A stretch of DNA of 64,000 nt from Micromonosporaceae bacterium (lineage in GTDB: Bacteria; Actinomycetota; Actinomycetes; Mycobacteriales; Micromonosporaceae): positions 8,397 through 72,396 of the forward strand of contig DASVCA010000025.1 in the NCBI GenBank assembly GCA_036381835.1. The letters are read 5' to 3'. This document shows, one piece after another, positions 40,974 to 50,140 of this stretch; within the stretch, counting starts at the first letter, position 1; each line of letters starts with the position of its first letter. A program made the position numbers and the translations under genes. The notes beneath the pieces are model-generated. The model saw only the letters and a program-made list of their open reading frames with translations. It did not search any database and was not told the DNA's origin.

Positions 40974-42388
40974 TGTCCGACCACTTACCCACCCCGGTGA
41001 CCCTGGCCGCCGCCGAGGTCACCGGTGGTCTGCCCGATCTGCAACTCCTGGTCATCGCCACCGGTCTGGTGCTGCTCGCGGGCATCTTCGGCATGACCGA
41101 GGCGGCACTCGCGGCCGTCTCGCCGGCCCGCGCCGGTGAGCTGGCCCGCAGCGGTGCGTGGGGGGCACGGGCGCTGCACGGCGTCGCCGCCGACGCCGCT
41201 CGCCACATCAACCTGCTGCTGCTGCTCAGACTGATCTGCGAGCTGATCGCGACCACGCTGGTCGCGCTGGTGGCGGTGGACACCTTCGGCGCGGGCTGGA
41301 CGGCCGCCCTCGTCGCCGCCGGCTCGATGACCCTCGTCAGCTTCGTGGTGGTGGGCGTCGCCCCCCGGACCATCGGTCGGCAGCACGCCTACCTGGTCGG
41401 GCGCGCCACCGCCGGTCTGGTTCGCTGGCTGGGTCGGGCGCTCAACCCGCTCGCCTCGCTGCTGATCATGATCGGTAACGCGGTGACCCCGGGCAAGGGT
41501 TTCCGGCAGGGCCCGTTCGCCACCGAGATCGAGCTGCGGGAGCTGGTCGAACTCGCCGAGCGGGACGGTGTGGTCGAGCACGGCGAGCGGCAGATGATCG
41601 ATTCGGTGTTCGCGCTGGGGCGGACCATGGCCCGCGAGGTGATGGTGCCACGCACCGAGCTGGTGTGGATCGAGGGCTACAAGACGCTGCGGCAGGCGCT
41701 CGCTCTCTTCCTCCGATCCGGCTTCTCCCGGATCCCGGTCATCGGCGAGAACATCGACGACGTGCTCGGTGTGCTGTACCTCAAGGACGTCGTGCGCCGC
41801 ACCCAGGGCGACTGCGGGCCGGACGACGTGCCGGTGGTGGACCTGATGCGGCCGGCCACCTTCGTACCCGAGTCGAAACCGATCGACGACCTGCTCCACG
41901 AGATGCAGGCCGCCCGTACCCACCTGGTCATCGTGGTGGACGAGTACGGGGGCACCAGCGGCCTGGTGACCATCGAAGACATCCTCGAGGAGATCGTCGG
42001 CGAGATCACCGACGAGTACGACGTCGAACGCCCACCGGTGCAGCACCTGGCGGACGGATCGGTCCGGGTCACGGCCCGGCTGTCCGTCGACGACCTCGGC
42101 GAGCTGTTCGGTGTCGAACTGCCGAACGAGGCGGTGGAGACGGTCGGCGGACTACTCGCCCACGCGCTGGGTAAGGTGCCGATTCCCGGCGCGGTGACCG
42201 AGGTACACGGACTCCGCCTGGTCGCCGAGGGAACCGCCGGGCGGCGCAACCGGATCGACACGGTCCTGGTCAGCCGGGTCGGCGACGACGCGGCCGGGGT
42301 GCCGGGGCCACCGGATCGCGTCGTGCCGGCAGAGGCGAGAATGGGGCAGCAGAACCAGGACGAGGAGAGGCAGCCTGTCGATGCCTGA
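40973..42388 (+). CDS. hemolysin-family protein (CNNM/DUF21 TM domain + CBS pair + CorC_HlyC)
   Basis: DUF21 membrane region, CBS pair (MVPRTELVWIE...RIPVIGENIDDVLGVLYLKD), and IVVDEYGGTSGLVTIEDILEEIVGEI. Confidence 0.88.
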   Translation: MSDHLPTPVTLAAAEVTGGLPDLQLLVIATGLVLLAGIFGMTEAALAAVSPARAGELARSGAWGARALHGVAADAARHINLLLLLRLICELIATTLVALVAVDTFGAGWTAALVAAGSMTLVSFVVVGVAPRTIGRQHAYLVGRATAGLVRWLGRALNPLASLLIMIGNAVTPGKGFRQGPFATEIELRELVELAERDGVVEHGERQMIDSVFALGRTMAREVMVPRTELVWIEGYKTLRQALALFLRSGFSRIPVIGENIDDVLGVLYLKDVVRRTQGDCGPDDVPVVDLMRPATFVPESKPIDDLLHEMQAARTHLVIVVDEYGGTSGLVTIEDILEEIVGEITDEYDVERPPVQHLADGSVRVTARLSVDDLGELFGVELPNEAVETVGGLLAHALGKVPIPGAVTEVHGLRLVAEGTAGRRNRIDTVLVSRVGDDAAGVPGPPDRVVPAEARMGQQNQDEERQPVDA

Positions 42389-42746
42389 ACCATCCACCGC
42401 CGGCACCTCCGTGGAGCTCGGCGCGGAGGACGCCAAACTGGTCGTGCTGGCCCGCGGGGCGCGGGCCCGCATCGGTGCGCTCGCCGGGGCGGCGGTACGT
42501 GATCAGGACGGACGCACCTACGCCGCAGCGAGCATCGCCCTGCCGTCGCTGACCCTGACCGCGCTGCAACTCGCCGTCGCCTCGGCGGCCGCCGCGGGCG
42601 CCACCCGACTGGAGGCGGCAGTTGTGGTCGGCGAGACGTCCGCGTTGGACGAGGCCGGCCGGGCCGCGGTGCGGGATCTGGCACCGGACGCGCCGATCTA
42701 CCTGGCCGCGCCGGACGGCACGGTGCTCGGCACGGTGACGGAGTGA
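42381..42746 (+). CDS. cytidine-deaminase-like fold protein lacking zinc ligands (hypothetical)
   Basis: The pattern ...AGAAVRDQDGRTYAAASIALPSLTLTALQLAVASAAAAG resembles the CDA core but contains no Cys or His ligands. It has an 8-nt overlap upstream and a GTGA overlap with era. Confidence 0.55.
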   Translation: MPEPSTAGTSVELGAEDAKLVVLARGARARIGALAGAAVRDQDGRTYAAASIALPSLTLTALQLAVASAAAAGATRLEAAVVVGETSALDEAGRAAVRDLAPDAPIYLAAPDGTVLGTVTE

Positions 42747-43651
42747 TCGCGCCCGCCAGGGACGGAGGCGACCAGCCGTACCGGGCCGGGTTCGCCTGCT
42801 TCGTGGGCCGGCCGAACGCCGGGAAATCGACCCTGACCAACGCCATCGTCGGGCAGAAGATCGCCATCACGTCGAGCAAGCCCCAGACCACCCGGCACGT
42901 GATCAGGGGGGTGCTGCACCGCCCGGACTCGCAGTTGGTGCTGGTGGACACGCCCGGGCTGCACCGCCCCCGTACCCTGCTCGGCCAGCGGCTCAACGAC
43001 CTGGTCCGGCAGACGTGGAGCGAGGTCGACGTGATCGGTCTGTGCATCCCGGCGAACGAGCCGGTGGGGCGCGGCGACCGGTTCATCAGCAGCGAGATAG
43101 CCGAGCTGCGGGCCACCGTCCTGGCCGTGGTGACCAAGACCGACCTGGTGGACCGCAAGCGCTTGGCCGAGCAACTCATCGCGGTCAGCGAGCTCGGCGA
43201 CTTCGCCGAGGTGGTGCCGGTCAGCGCCGTCACCGGAGAGCAGGTCGACACGCTGATCGACGTGATGATCCGGTACCTGCCGCCGTCACCGCAGCTCTAC
43301 CCGGACGACATGTTCACCGACGAGCCGGAGACGGTGCTGGTCGCCGAACTGATCCGGGAGGCCGCTCTGGAGGGCGTACGGGAGGAGTTGCCGCACTCCA
43401 TCGCGGTGGTGGTCGAGGAGATGATCCCCGAGGACCGGCTCACCAAGATCTACGCGCACGTCTACGTGGAACGACCCAGTCAGAAAGGCATCGTGATCGG
43501 GGCGCGAGGCAGCCGGCTCAAAGAGGTCGGGACCCGGGCCCGTCAGCAGATCGAAGAACTGCTCGGCAGCCGCGTCTACCTCGACCTGCACGTGCGGGTG
43601 GCGAAGGACTGGCAGCGGGACCCGAAGCAGCTGCGCAGACTCGGCTTCTGA
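42743..43651 (+). CDS. era: GTPase Era
   Basis: GRPNAGKSTL, DTPG, TKTD and a C-terminal KH domain. Confidence 0.95.
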   Translation: MIAPARDGGDQPYRAGFACFVGRPNAGKSTLTNAIVGQKIAITSSKPQTTRHVIRGVLHRPDSQLVLVDTPGLHRPRTLLGQRLNDLVRQTWSEVDVIGLCIPANEPVGRGDRFISSEIAELRATVLAVVTKTDLVDRKRLAEQLIAVSELGDFAEVVPVSAVTGEQVDTLIDVMIRYLPPSPQLYPDDMFTDEPETVLVAELIREAALEGVREELPHSIAVVVEEMIPEDRLTKIYAHVYVERPSQKGIVIGARGSRLKEVGTRARQQIEELLGSRVYLDLHVRVAKDWQRDPKQLRRLGF

Positions 43652-43690
43652 CCGACGGGGCTGTCCCGCCGTCCCCGAATCGTCCCGCGG

Positions 43691-44497
43691 ATGGAGAATG
43701 GGCCGGTGCCCGGATATCGCCGACCGCTCTACCGCGACGACGCGGTGGTGCTGCGCGCGCAGAAGCTCGGCGAGTCCGACCGGATCATCACCCTGCTGAC
43801 CCGCCGGCACGGCCGGCTGCGGGCGGTCGCCCGCGGGGTGCGGCGGGTCGGTTCTCGGTTCGGGGCTCGGCTGGAACCCTTCGGCCACGTCGACCTGCAG
43901 CTCGCCGGCGACCTCGACGAACACCGCAGCTCGCTGCACACCGTCAGTCAGGTGGAGGGCATCAGCCTGTACGGCAAGCACTTCCTCGACGACTATCCCC
44001 GGTACACGGCCGCCAGCGCGATCGCGGAGACCGCCGAGCGCTTCACCCCGGTCGAGCGAGAGCCGTCGACCCGGCTCTTCCTGCTCACCCTGGGGGCGCT
44101 GCGCGCGTTGGCCGCCGGGGAACACGCCACCACGTTGGTGCTCGACGCGTACCTGCTGCGCGGCATGACCCTGGCCGGGTGGGCGCCCGCGCTGACCGAC
44201 TGCGCGGTGTGCGGCACCGGCGGGCCGCACCGGGCCTTCTCCGTGCCCGCGGGCGGCGCGGTGTGCCCGGACTGCCGCCCGCCGGGTTCGGTCCACCCGG
44301 CCCCCGCCACCTTCGACCTGATGTCCGCGCTCGTCACCGGGGACTGGCGACTGGCGGACGCGAGCGAGCCGGCGGTACGGCGAGAATGCAGCGGCCTGGT
44401 CGCCGCTCACCTGCAGTGGCATCTGGAGCGCGGGTTACGCTCGCTGCCGCTGGTTGACCGGAGCAGTCCAGGCGCAGGAAACGGGAGAGTGTCATGA
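43691..44497 (+). CDS. recO: DNA repair protein RecO
   Basis: OB-fold N-terminus ([37 protein letters not shown]) and a CxxC...CxxC zinc finger. Confidence 0.88.
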   Translation: MENGPVPGYRRPLYRDDAVVLRAQKLGESDRIITLLTRRHGRLRAVARGVRRVGSRFGARLEPFGHVDLQLAGDLDEHRSSLHTVSQVEGISLYGKHFLDDYPRYTAASAIAETAERFTPVEREPSTRLFLLTLGALRALAAGEHATTLVLDAYLLRGMTLAGWAPALTDCAVCGTGGPHRAFSVPAGGAVCPDCRPPGSVHPAPATFDLMSALVTGDWRLADASEPAVRRECSGLVAAHLQWHLERGLRSLPLVDRSSPGAGNGRVS

Positions 44498-45321
44498 GTC
44501 GTGCCGCCCGCCGTCGGCAGCCCGTACCGCCGTCCCCGCACCCCTCCGGAGCACGGCCCCCGGCGCTGCCGCCGCAGGCCCTGCCCCGGCATGTGGCCAT
44601 CGTCATGGACGGCAACGGACGGTGGGCCAAACAGCGGGGGCTGCCGCGGACCAAGGGACACGAGGCGGGGGAGCACTCGCTGTTCGACACCATCGAGGGT
44701 GCGATCGAGCTGGGCATCCCGTACCTGTCGGCGTACGCCTTCTCCACCGAGAACTGGCGGCGCTCGCCCGAGGAGGTGCGCTTCCTGATGGGCTTCAACC
44801 GGGACGTGATCCGCCGCCGCCGCGACCAGTTGATCGACCTCGGGGTACGGGTCGTCTGGTCGGGCCGGGCGGGACGGCTCTGGAAGAGCGTGATCGCCGA
44901 ACTGCGGACGGCGGAGGAGATGTCGCGGCACAACTCCACGCTGACCCTGCAGTTCTGCGTCAACTACGGCGGGCAGGCGGAGATCGTCGACGCGGCCGCC
45001 GCGATCGCGCGGGACGCGGCCGCCGGAAAGATCGATCCGGACAAAGTCAACGAGAAGCTGTTCGCCCGCTACCTCTACCACCCCGAGGTACCCGAGGTCG
45101 ACCTCTTCCTGCGGCCGTCCGGCGAGCAGCGTCTGTCCAACTACCTGCTGTGGCAGTCGGCCTACGCCGAACTGGTCTTCCTCGACGTGCTCTGGCCCGA
45201 CTTCGACCGGCGACACCTCTGGTACGCCTGCGAGCTGTACGCCAAACGGGACCGCCGCTTCGGTGGGGCACTGCCCAACCCGGTCGCACCGTCCGAGGAG
45301 CTCAAACCTCCACTTCGGTGA
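44494..45321 (+). CDS. uppS: isoprenyl transferase (cis-prenyl/undecaprenyl-decaprenyl diphosphate synthase family)
   Basis: [13 protein letters not shown]...[11 protein letters not shown], and [19 protein letters not shown] overlap with recO. Confidence 0.92.
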   Translation: MSRAARRRQPVPPSPHPSGARPPALPPQALPRHVAIVMDGNGRWAKQRGLPRTKGHEAGEHSLFDTIEGAIELGIPYLSAYAFSTENWRRSPEEVRFLMGFNRDVIRRRRDQLIDLGVRVVWSGRAGRLWKSVIAELRTAEEMSRHNSTLTLQFCVNYGGQAEIVDAAAAIARDAAAGKIDPDKVNEKLFARYLYHPEVPEVDLFLRPSGEQRLSNYLLWQSAYAELVFLDVLWPDFDRRHLWYACELYAKRDRRFGGALPNPVAPSEELKPPLR

Positions 45322-46753
45322 GCTCTCCCGACCAGCGGGTGTGGAACGTGCCCGGCCGGTCGACTCGGCGGTAGGTGTGCGCCCCGAAGTTGTCCCGCAG
45401 GCCCTGAATCAGCGCGGCGGGCAGCCGGTCGCGCCGCAGCGCGTCGAAGTACGACAGGGACGCGGCCAGGGCGGGCACCGGCACCCCGGCCCGTACGGCG
45501 TCGGCGATCACCCGCCGCCAGCTCGGCACGCACTGGGCGATCGTTGCGGCGAAGTACGGGGCCACCAGGAGCGTCGCCAGGTCCGGCTGATCGTCGTACG
45601 CCTGACGGATGCGGTCCAGGAAGCGGGCGCGGATGATGCAGCCACCGCGCCAGATGGTGGCCACCACGCCCGGATCGATGCGCCAGTCGTACTCCCGGCT
45701 GCCGGCGCGGATATGGTCGAAGCCCTGCGCGTACGCGACGATCTTGGCGGCGAGCAGCGCCCGACGCACGTCCTCGATGAACTCGTTGCGCCGCTCGACC
45801 GCCCACCCCGTATCGCCGTCGCCGAACATTCGAGCGGCGGCGCGCTGGTCGCCGTGTCCGGACAGGGAGCGGGCGAAGGTGGCCTCGGCGATCGCGGTGA
45901 TCGGGACGCCCAGGTCGAGCGCGTTCTGCACGGTCCACCGCCCGGTGCCCTTCTGCTCGGCCTGGTCGAGCACGATGTCGACGAACGCCTGCCCGGTGGC
46001 GGCGTCGGTGTGCGCCAGCACGTCAACGGTGATCTCGATCAGGAACGACTCCAGATCCCCGCTGTGCCAGGTGCGGAAGATCTCCGCGATCTCTCGGGGG
46101 CTGGCGGACAGACCGGAGCGGAGCAGGTCGTACGCCTCGGCGATGACCTGCATGTCGGCGTACTCGATGCCGTTGTGTACCATCTTGACGAAGTGCCCGG
46201 CGCCGTCCGGGCCGACATGGGCGCAACAGGGCACCCCGTCGACCTGGGCGGCGATCGACTCGAAGATCGGGCCGACCCGGGCGTACGCCTCGTCCGACCC
46301 GCCGGGCATGACGCTCGGGCCGTGCAGCGCACCCTCCTCTCCGCCGGAGACCCCGGCACCCACGAAGTGCAGCCCGTGTCGGCGCAGTTCCGCCTCCCGG
46401 CGTTGGGTGTCCGCGAAGTGCGCGTTGCCCGCGTCGACCACGATGTCGCCGGGGTCGAGCAGCGGGGTCAGATCCGCGATCACGGCATCGGTCGGTCCGC
46501 CGGCCTTGACCATCACCACGATCGCCCGGGGCCGTTGCAGCGAGGCCACGAAGTCGGGCAGTGACTCGCTGGGCACGAAGGTCCCCTCGTGGCCGTGCTC
46601 GGCGATCAGGCTGCGGGTGCGCTCCGGGGAGCGGTTGTGCACCGCCACCCGGTATCCGTGCCGGGCCAGATTCCGCGCGAGGTTGCGGCCCATCACGGCC
46701 AGCCCGGTCACCCCGATCTGCGCGGTCGCCTGCGTCGTCGTCTGCCGGGCCAT
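45302..46753 (-). CDS. gnd: 6-phosphogluconate dehydrogenase, decarboxylating
   Basis: [21 protein letters not shown]... and GxSGGEEGA, at full ~480-aa length. ATG at 46753. Confidence 0.92.
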   Translation of the reverse strand: MARQTTTQATAQIGVTGLAVMGRNLARNLARHGYRVAVHNRSPERTRSLIAEHGHEGTFVPSESLPDFVASLQRPRAIVVMVKAGGPTDAVIADLTPLLDPGDIVVDAGNAHFADTQRREAELRRHGLHFVGAGVSGGEEGALHGPSVMPGGSDEAYARVGPIFESIAAQVDGVPCCAHVGPDGAGHFVKMVHNGIEYADMQVIAEAYDLLRSGLSASPREIAEIFRTWHSGDLESFLIEITVDVLAHTDAATGQAFVDIVLDQAEQKGTGRWTVQNALDLGVPITAIAEATFARSLSGHGDQRAAARMFGDGDTGWAVERRNEFIEDVRRALLAAKIVAYAQGFDHIRAGSREYDWRIDPGVVATIWRGGCIIRARFLDRIRQAYDDQPDLATLLVAPYFAATIAQCVPSWRRVIADAVRAGVPVPALAASLSYFDALRRDRLPAALIQGLRDNFGAHTYRRVDRPGTFHTRWSGELTEVEV

Positions 46754-46817
46754 CCTGCCACCCCCGTAGCTGCACAATCCGCGTCGTGGTGACCGTATCG
46801 CGGTCGCGCCGGGTGGC

Positions 46818-47621
46818 TCAGCCGATCAGCGGGCGGAAGGTGCCGAGCAGGATGCTGACCCCCAGAGCGGCAGCGGCCAGCAGTGCCGCCCCGACGATCA
46901 GCGCGGCGTCGGCCGGACCGAAGTGCTGCCGGCGGGCGAAGGTACGCGGGCGGTCGGAGTCGAAACCGCGGGCGTCCATCGCTGTGGCGAGCCGGGTGCC
47001 CCGCCGGATGGCCACCACCAGCAGCCCGAACGCGGTCGAGGCGAACAGGCGTAGTTTCGCCACCGGGTCGCGCCCGACGTCCACCCCGCGTGCCCGTCTG
47101 GCCATGCTGATGCTCTGCCACTCCTGGCTCAACAGCGGCACCAGTCGGAACGCGGCCAGTGCGCCGATCGCGAATCGGGCCGGCACCCGGGCGTTCTGCA
47201 CCAGCGCGTCGGCCAGGTCCGTCGGATCGGTGGTGGCGAAGACGATCACACCGGGCAGGGCCACCCCGAGCACCCGCAGCGCCAACCCGAGGGCCGTGTA
47301 CAGCACGCCGGTGGTGATGAGGATCGGTCCGAGGCGGAGCAGTTCGGCGCCGTCGCGTTCGGCGGCGAACAGCACCAGGGTGAGCAGGACGCCGGCGGCG
47401 ACGAGCAGCAGCGGCACCGCCCGGCGGGCCAGCGCGCGGTATGAGATGCCGAAGAAGGGCAGGGCGGCCAGTTCGACGCCGATGGCGATGGCCGGCGCGA
47501 CCGGGTCCAGGGTGGCGAGCAGCGCGAGCGCGAAAACCAGCGCGGCGGCCAGTTTGGCCACCGGGTTGCGCCGGGCCAGCGGTGCGTGCGTGCCGGTGGT
47601 GAGCGGCTCGACGGTGATCAC
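46818..47621 (-). CDS. ECF transporter transmembrane (T) component (YkoC/CbiQ-like)
   Basis: Polytopic membrane protein with a C-terminal ARG-type motif region (MARRARGVD). GTGA overlap with the upstream ATPase gene. Confidence 0.8.
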   Translation of the reverse strand: MITVEPLTTGTHAPLARRNPVAKLAAALVFALALLATLDPVAPAIAIGVELAALPFFGISYRALARRAVPLLLVAAGVLLTLVLFAAERDGAELLRLGPILITTGVLYTALGLALRVLGVALPGVIVFATTDPTDLADALVQNARVPARFAIGALAAFRLVPLLSQEWQSISMARRARGVDVGRDPVAKLRLFASTAFGLLVVAIRRGTRLATAMDARGFDSDRPRTFARRQHFGPADAALIVGAALLAAAALGVSILLGTFRPLIG

Positions 47622-49039
47622 CGCTGCCCCCCGGACAGTCGGACGCTGCGATCGGCCACCGCCGCGACGAAGTCGGCGTCATGGGTGACGGCGACGACCG
47701 CGTGACCCTCGTCGCGCAGGTCGGCGAGCAGGTCGACCAGCTCGAGCCAGGTCCGGCGGTCCTGACCGAAGGACGGTTCGTCCAGGATCAGCACCCGGGG
47801 CGCGGTGGCCAGTGCGGTGGCCACGCTCAACCGCCGCGCCTCCCCGCCGGACAGGGTGTACGGGTTCGCTCCGGCCAGCCGGTCGAGCCGCAGCCGGGCC
47901 AGTAACTCGTCGACTCGGGCCTGGACGGCGGGCTCCGGTTGCCCGATGCGGCGCGGGCCGAGGGCCAGCTCGTCCGCGACGGTGCCGGCGACGAACTGGT
48001 GTTCCGGGTCCTGAAACACCGAGCCGATTCGGCGCACCAGCGCCGAGGCGCGCCACCGGTGCGGGGGAGCGGCCGCGTCCGCCCCGGCCAGTGTCGAGGT
48101 GGCGGTGACCCGTCCGGTGGTCGGTTTGAGCAGCCCGCCGAGCAGCAGCGCCAGGGTGGATTTGCCCGCACCGTTCGGCCCGAGGACGGCGAGCGCCTCG
48201 CCTTCCCGTACCGACAGGTCCGTCGGGTCGAGGCGTGGGGCGAGGCCGGCGGCCTCGGCGGCGAGCAGCAGTTCGCCGGGCGGGCCGGCGGCGTGCCGGG
48301 GCGGCACCGGGTGGCCCGGCACCCACACCCCCGCCGCGGCCAGCGCCGCACCGTGTTCGGTGAACACCCGCTCCGGCGGCCCGTCGGCCCGTACTCCGCC
48401 GCCCGGTTCCAGCACCACCACCCGGTCGACCAGCGGCAGTGCCTCGGCGACCCGGTGTTCCACCAGGATGAGTGTGGTGTCGCAGTCGCCGGCGGCTCGG
48501 ATCGCGGCGCGTACCAGGGCGGCACCGTCCGAATCGAGGTTGGCGGTCGGTTCGTCGAGCAGGAGCAGGCCGGGGTGCAGCGCCAGCGCGCCGGCCAGGG
48601 CGAGGCGTTGCTGCTCCCCGCCGGAGAGTGCGGCGGTGGGCCGGTCTCGGTCGTACCGGAATCCGACCCGGCGCAGCGCTCGATCCACCCGGGGCCAGAT
48701 CTCGTCGACCGGGGTGCCCCGGTTCTCCAGTCCGAACGCCACGTCGTCGCCGGAGCGGGCCATCACCAGCTGGCTTTCCGGATCCTGGAAGACGATGCCC
48801 ACCCGCTCGCGCGCCTTGCGTGGCTCCAGCCCGTCGATCTCGACGGTGCCCTCCTGCTCACCGGAGTCCTCGGCGAGCAGTCCAGCGAGCGCGGCGAGCA
48901 GGGTGCTCTTGCCGGACCCTGATGGGCCTAGCAGCAGCACCCGTTCTCCGTGCTCGACGCGCAGGTCGAGACCGCGGACGGCCCAGGATCTGCGCCCCGC
49001 ATGCCGCCATCCGAACCCGCGCAATTCGACGGTGCTCAC
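47618..49039 (-). CDS. ECF transporter duplicated ATPase (EcfA-EcfA fusion, YkoD-like)
   Basis: Two complete ABC cassettes: GPSGSGKSTL/LSGGEQQR/LLLDEP and GPNGAGKSTL/LSGGEARR/LILDEP. Confidence 0.88.
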   Translation of the reverse strand: MSTVELRGFGWRHAGRRSWAVRGLDLRVEHGERVLLLGPSGSGKSTLLAALAGLLAEDSGEQEGTVEIDGLEPRKARERVGIVFQDPESQLVMARSGDDVAFGLENRGTPVDEIWPRVDRALRRVGFRYDRDRPTAALSGGEQQRLALAGALALHPGLLLLDEPTANLDSDGAALVRAAIRAAGDCDTTLILVEHRVAEALPLVDRVVVLEPGGGVRADGPPERVFTEHGAALAAAGVWVPGHPVPPRHAAGPPGELLLAAEAAGLAPRLDPTDLSVREGEALAVLGPNGAGKSTLALLLGGLLKPTTGRVTATSTLAGADAAAPPHRWRASALVRRIGSVFQDPEHQFVAGTVADELALGPRRIGQPEPAVQARVDELLARLRLDRLAGANPYTLSGGEARRLSVATALATAPRVLILDEPSFGQDRRTWLELVDLLADLRDEGHAVVAVTHDADFVAAVADRSVRLSGGQR

Positions 49040-49112
49040 CGTCTCCCCTCCTGGTCGATCATCAGGTCAGCGGTCCGAAGGTCTGACCTCATGGTCGGCG
49101 TGCACGTGGTGC

Positions 49113-49766
49113 TCAGATGGCGGCGCGTTCCCGGCCGGCCGGAAAGCGGTCCAGCACGCCGGTCCGGGCGAGCGAGCGGGTCAGCAGTAAGCCGCCTGCG
49201 CCCGCGATGAGGGTGGCGCTTGCGATGGTGATCGCCGCGTACGGGATCCGGTAGGCGAACAGGGCGTAGTGGACTGTCCAGACGAAGAAGTCGAAGATCG
49301 CGGCGCCCAGCCCCGCCAGCGCGCCGGCGAGGAGCGCGACCGGCAGGCGGAAGGTCCGGTAACGGAAGGCGGCGAAGGCAACCTCGGCGCCGGCGCCCTG
49401 GACCAGGCCCTGCACGATCAACATGACGCTCCACTCGCTGCCGAGCATCGCGGATACCGTGGCGGCCAGGGTTTCACAGTAGAGCGCCGCACCCGGCTTG
49501 CGGATGATCAGGCTCCCGAGCACCGCGGGGATCATCCAGACGCCGTAGATCGACGTCTGGGCCGGTGGGAAGAACATGAACGCGGCCTCGGTGGTCGCCC
49601 ACACCAGGTTCCAGGCCCAGAAGATGACGCCGAAGGCGACCGCGATCACCGAGGCGACGACGATGTCGATCGTACGCCAACGGGGGATGAGGGTACGCCA
49701 ACGGGCGGCGATGGTACGCCAACGGGCGGCGATGGTACGCCAACGGGTGGCGATGGGGTTACTCAC
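49113..49766 (-). CDS. ECF transporter S component (YkoE-like; thiamine-precursor specificity inferred from riboswitch)
   Basis: About six TM helices. The GTG at 49766 follows GGGAGGAAAAC. A TPP riboswitch lies immediately upstream. Confidence 0.7.
   Translation of the reverse strand: MSNPIATRWRTIAARWRTIAARWRTLIPRWRTIDIVVASVIAVAFGVIFWAWNLVWATTEAAFMFFPPAQTSIYGVWMIPAVLGSLIIRKPGAALYCETLAATVSAMLGSEWSVMLIVQGLVQGAGAEVAFAAFRYRTFRLPVALLAGALAGLGAAIFDFFVWTVHYALFAYRIPYAAITIASATLIAGAGGLLLTRSLARTGVLDRFPAGRERAAI
49671..49754 (-). repeat. in-frame tandem repeat, 4 x 21 bp
   Basis: Plus-strand units are CGTACGCCAACGGGGGATGAG, GGTACGCCAACGGGCGGCGAT (x2, identical) and GGTACGCCAACGGGTGGCGAT. They encode ATRWRTI-AARWRTI-AARWRTL-IPRWRTI. 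Confidence 0.9.
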
Positions 49767-49849
49767 GTTTTCCTCCCAGTCCCGATCGCGAACCAGGAGA
49801 AGACGCACGCCGCGGCCCGGGTCACGGGACGGCGGCGCGAGCTGGAGCA

Positions 49850-49942
49850 TCGACCGAACTCCCTGCGCTGGCATTACCCAGATCAGGTGCGAGGGTCTGC
49901 GGCGGTGCCGCACTCTCAGCGCTGTGCGCTCCCCTGTCGGAT
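49850..49942 (-). promoter_or_regulatory. TPP (THI-box) riboswitch
   Basis: The minus-strand RNA reads ...CCGACAGGGGAGCGCACAGCGCUGAGAGUGCGGCACCGCCGCAGACCCUCGCACCUGAUCUGGGUAAUGCCAGCGCAGGGAGUUCGGUCG..., which contains the conserved CUGAGA and ACCUGAUCUGG-UAAU-CCAGCG cores. Confidence 0.85.
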
Positions 49943-50140
49943 GTGCAGTTTCTCGGGACGCTAGCACCGAAGACAGCCGACGAACAGCCCTGCTTCGATG
50001 AGTGTGGGCCCGGCCACCGTCCGGACCGCTAGGCTGCCCGGCCGGTCAAGGATCGACGGCTACCGGTGGGTAGCGACAGAGTGTAACGTGTATCACACGA
50101 GCGCTCGCGTATCCGCACCCTCACCCCGAAGGGGGTAGCC

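Noticed and set aside
49671-49754. Could the 21-bp repeats be a mini CRISPR array or an intergenic REP element?
   Set aside because: The units are contiguous with no spacers, lie in frame within a coding region, and encode a regular heptad. No cas genes are present.
50081-50098. Pseudo-palindrome GTGTAACGTGTATCACAC upstream of the acyl-CoA dehydrogenase gene, considered as a TetR-type operator.
   Set aside because: Symmetry is poor (about 8 of 14 positions) and there is no regulator gene nearby. It is too weak to call.
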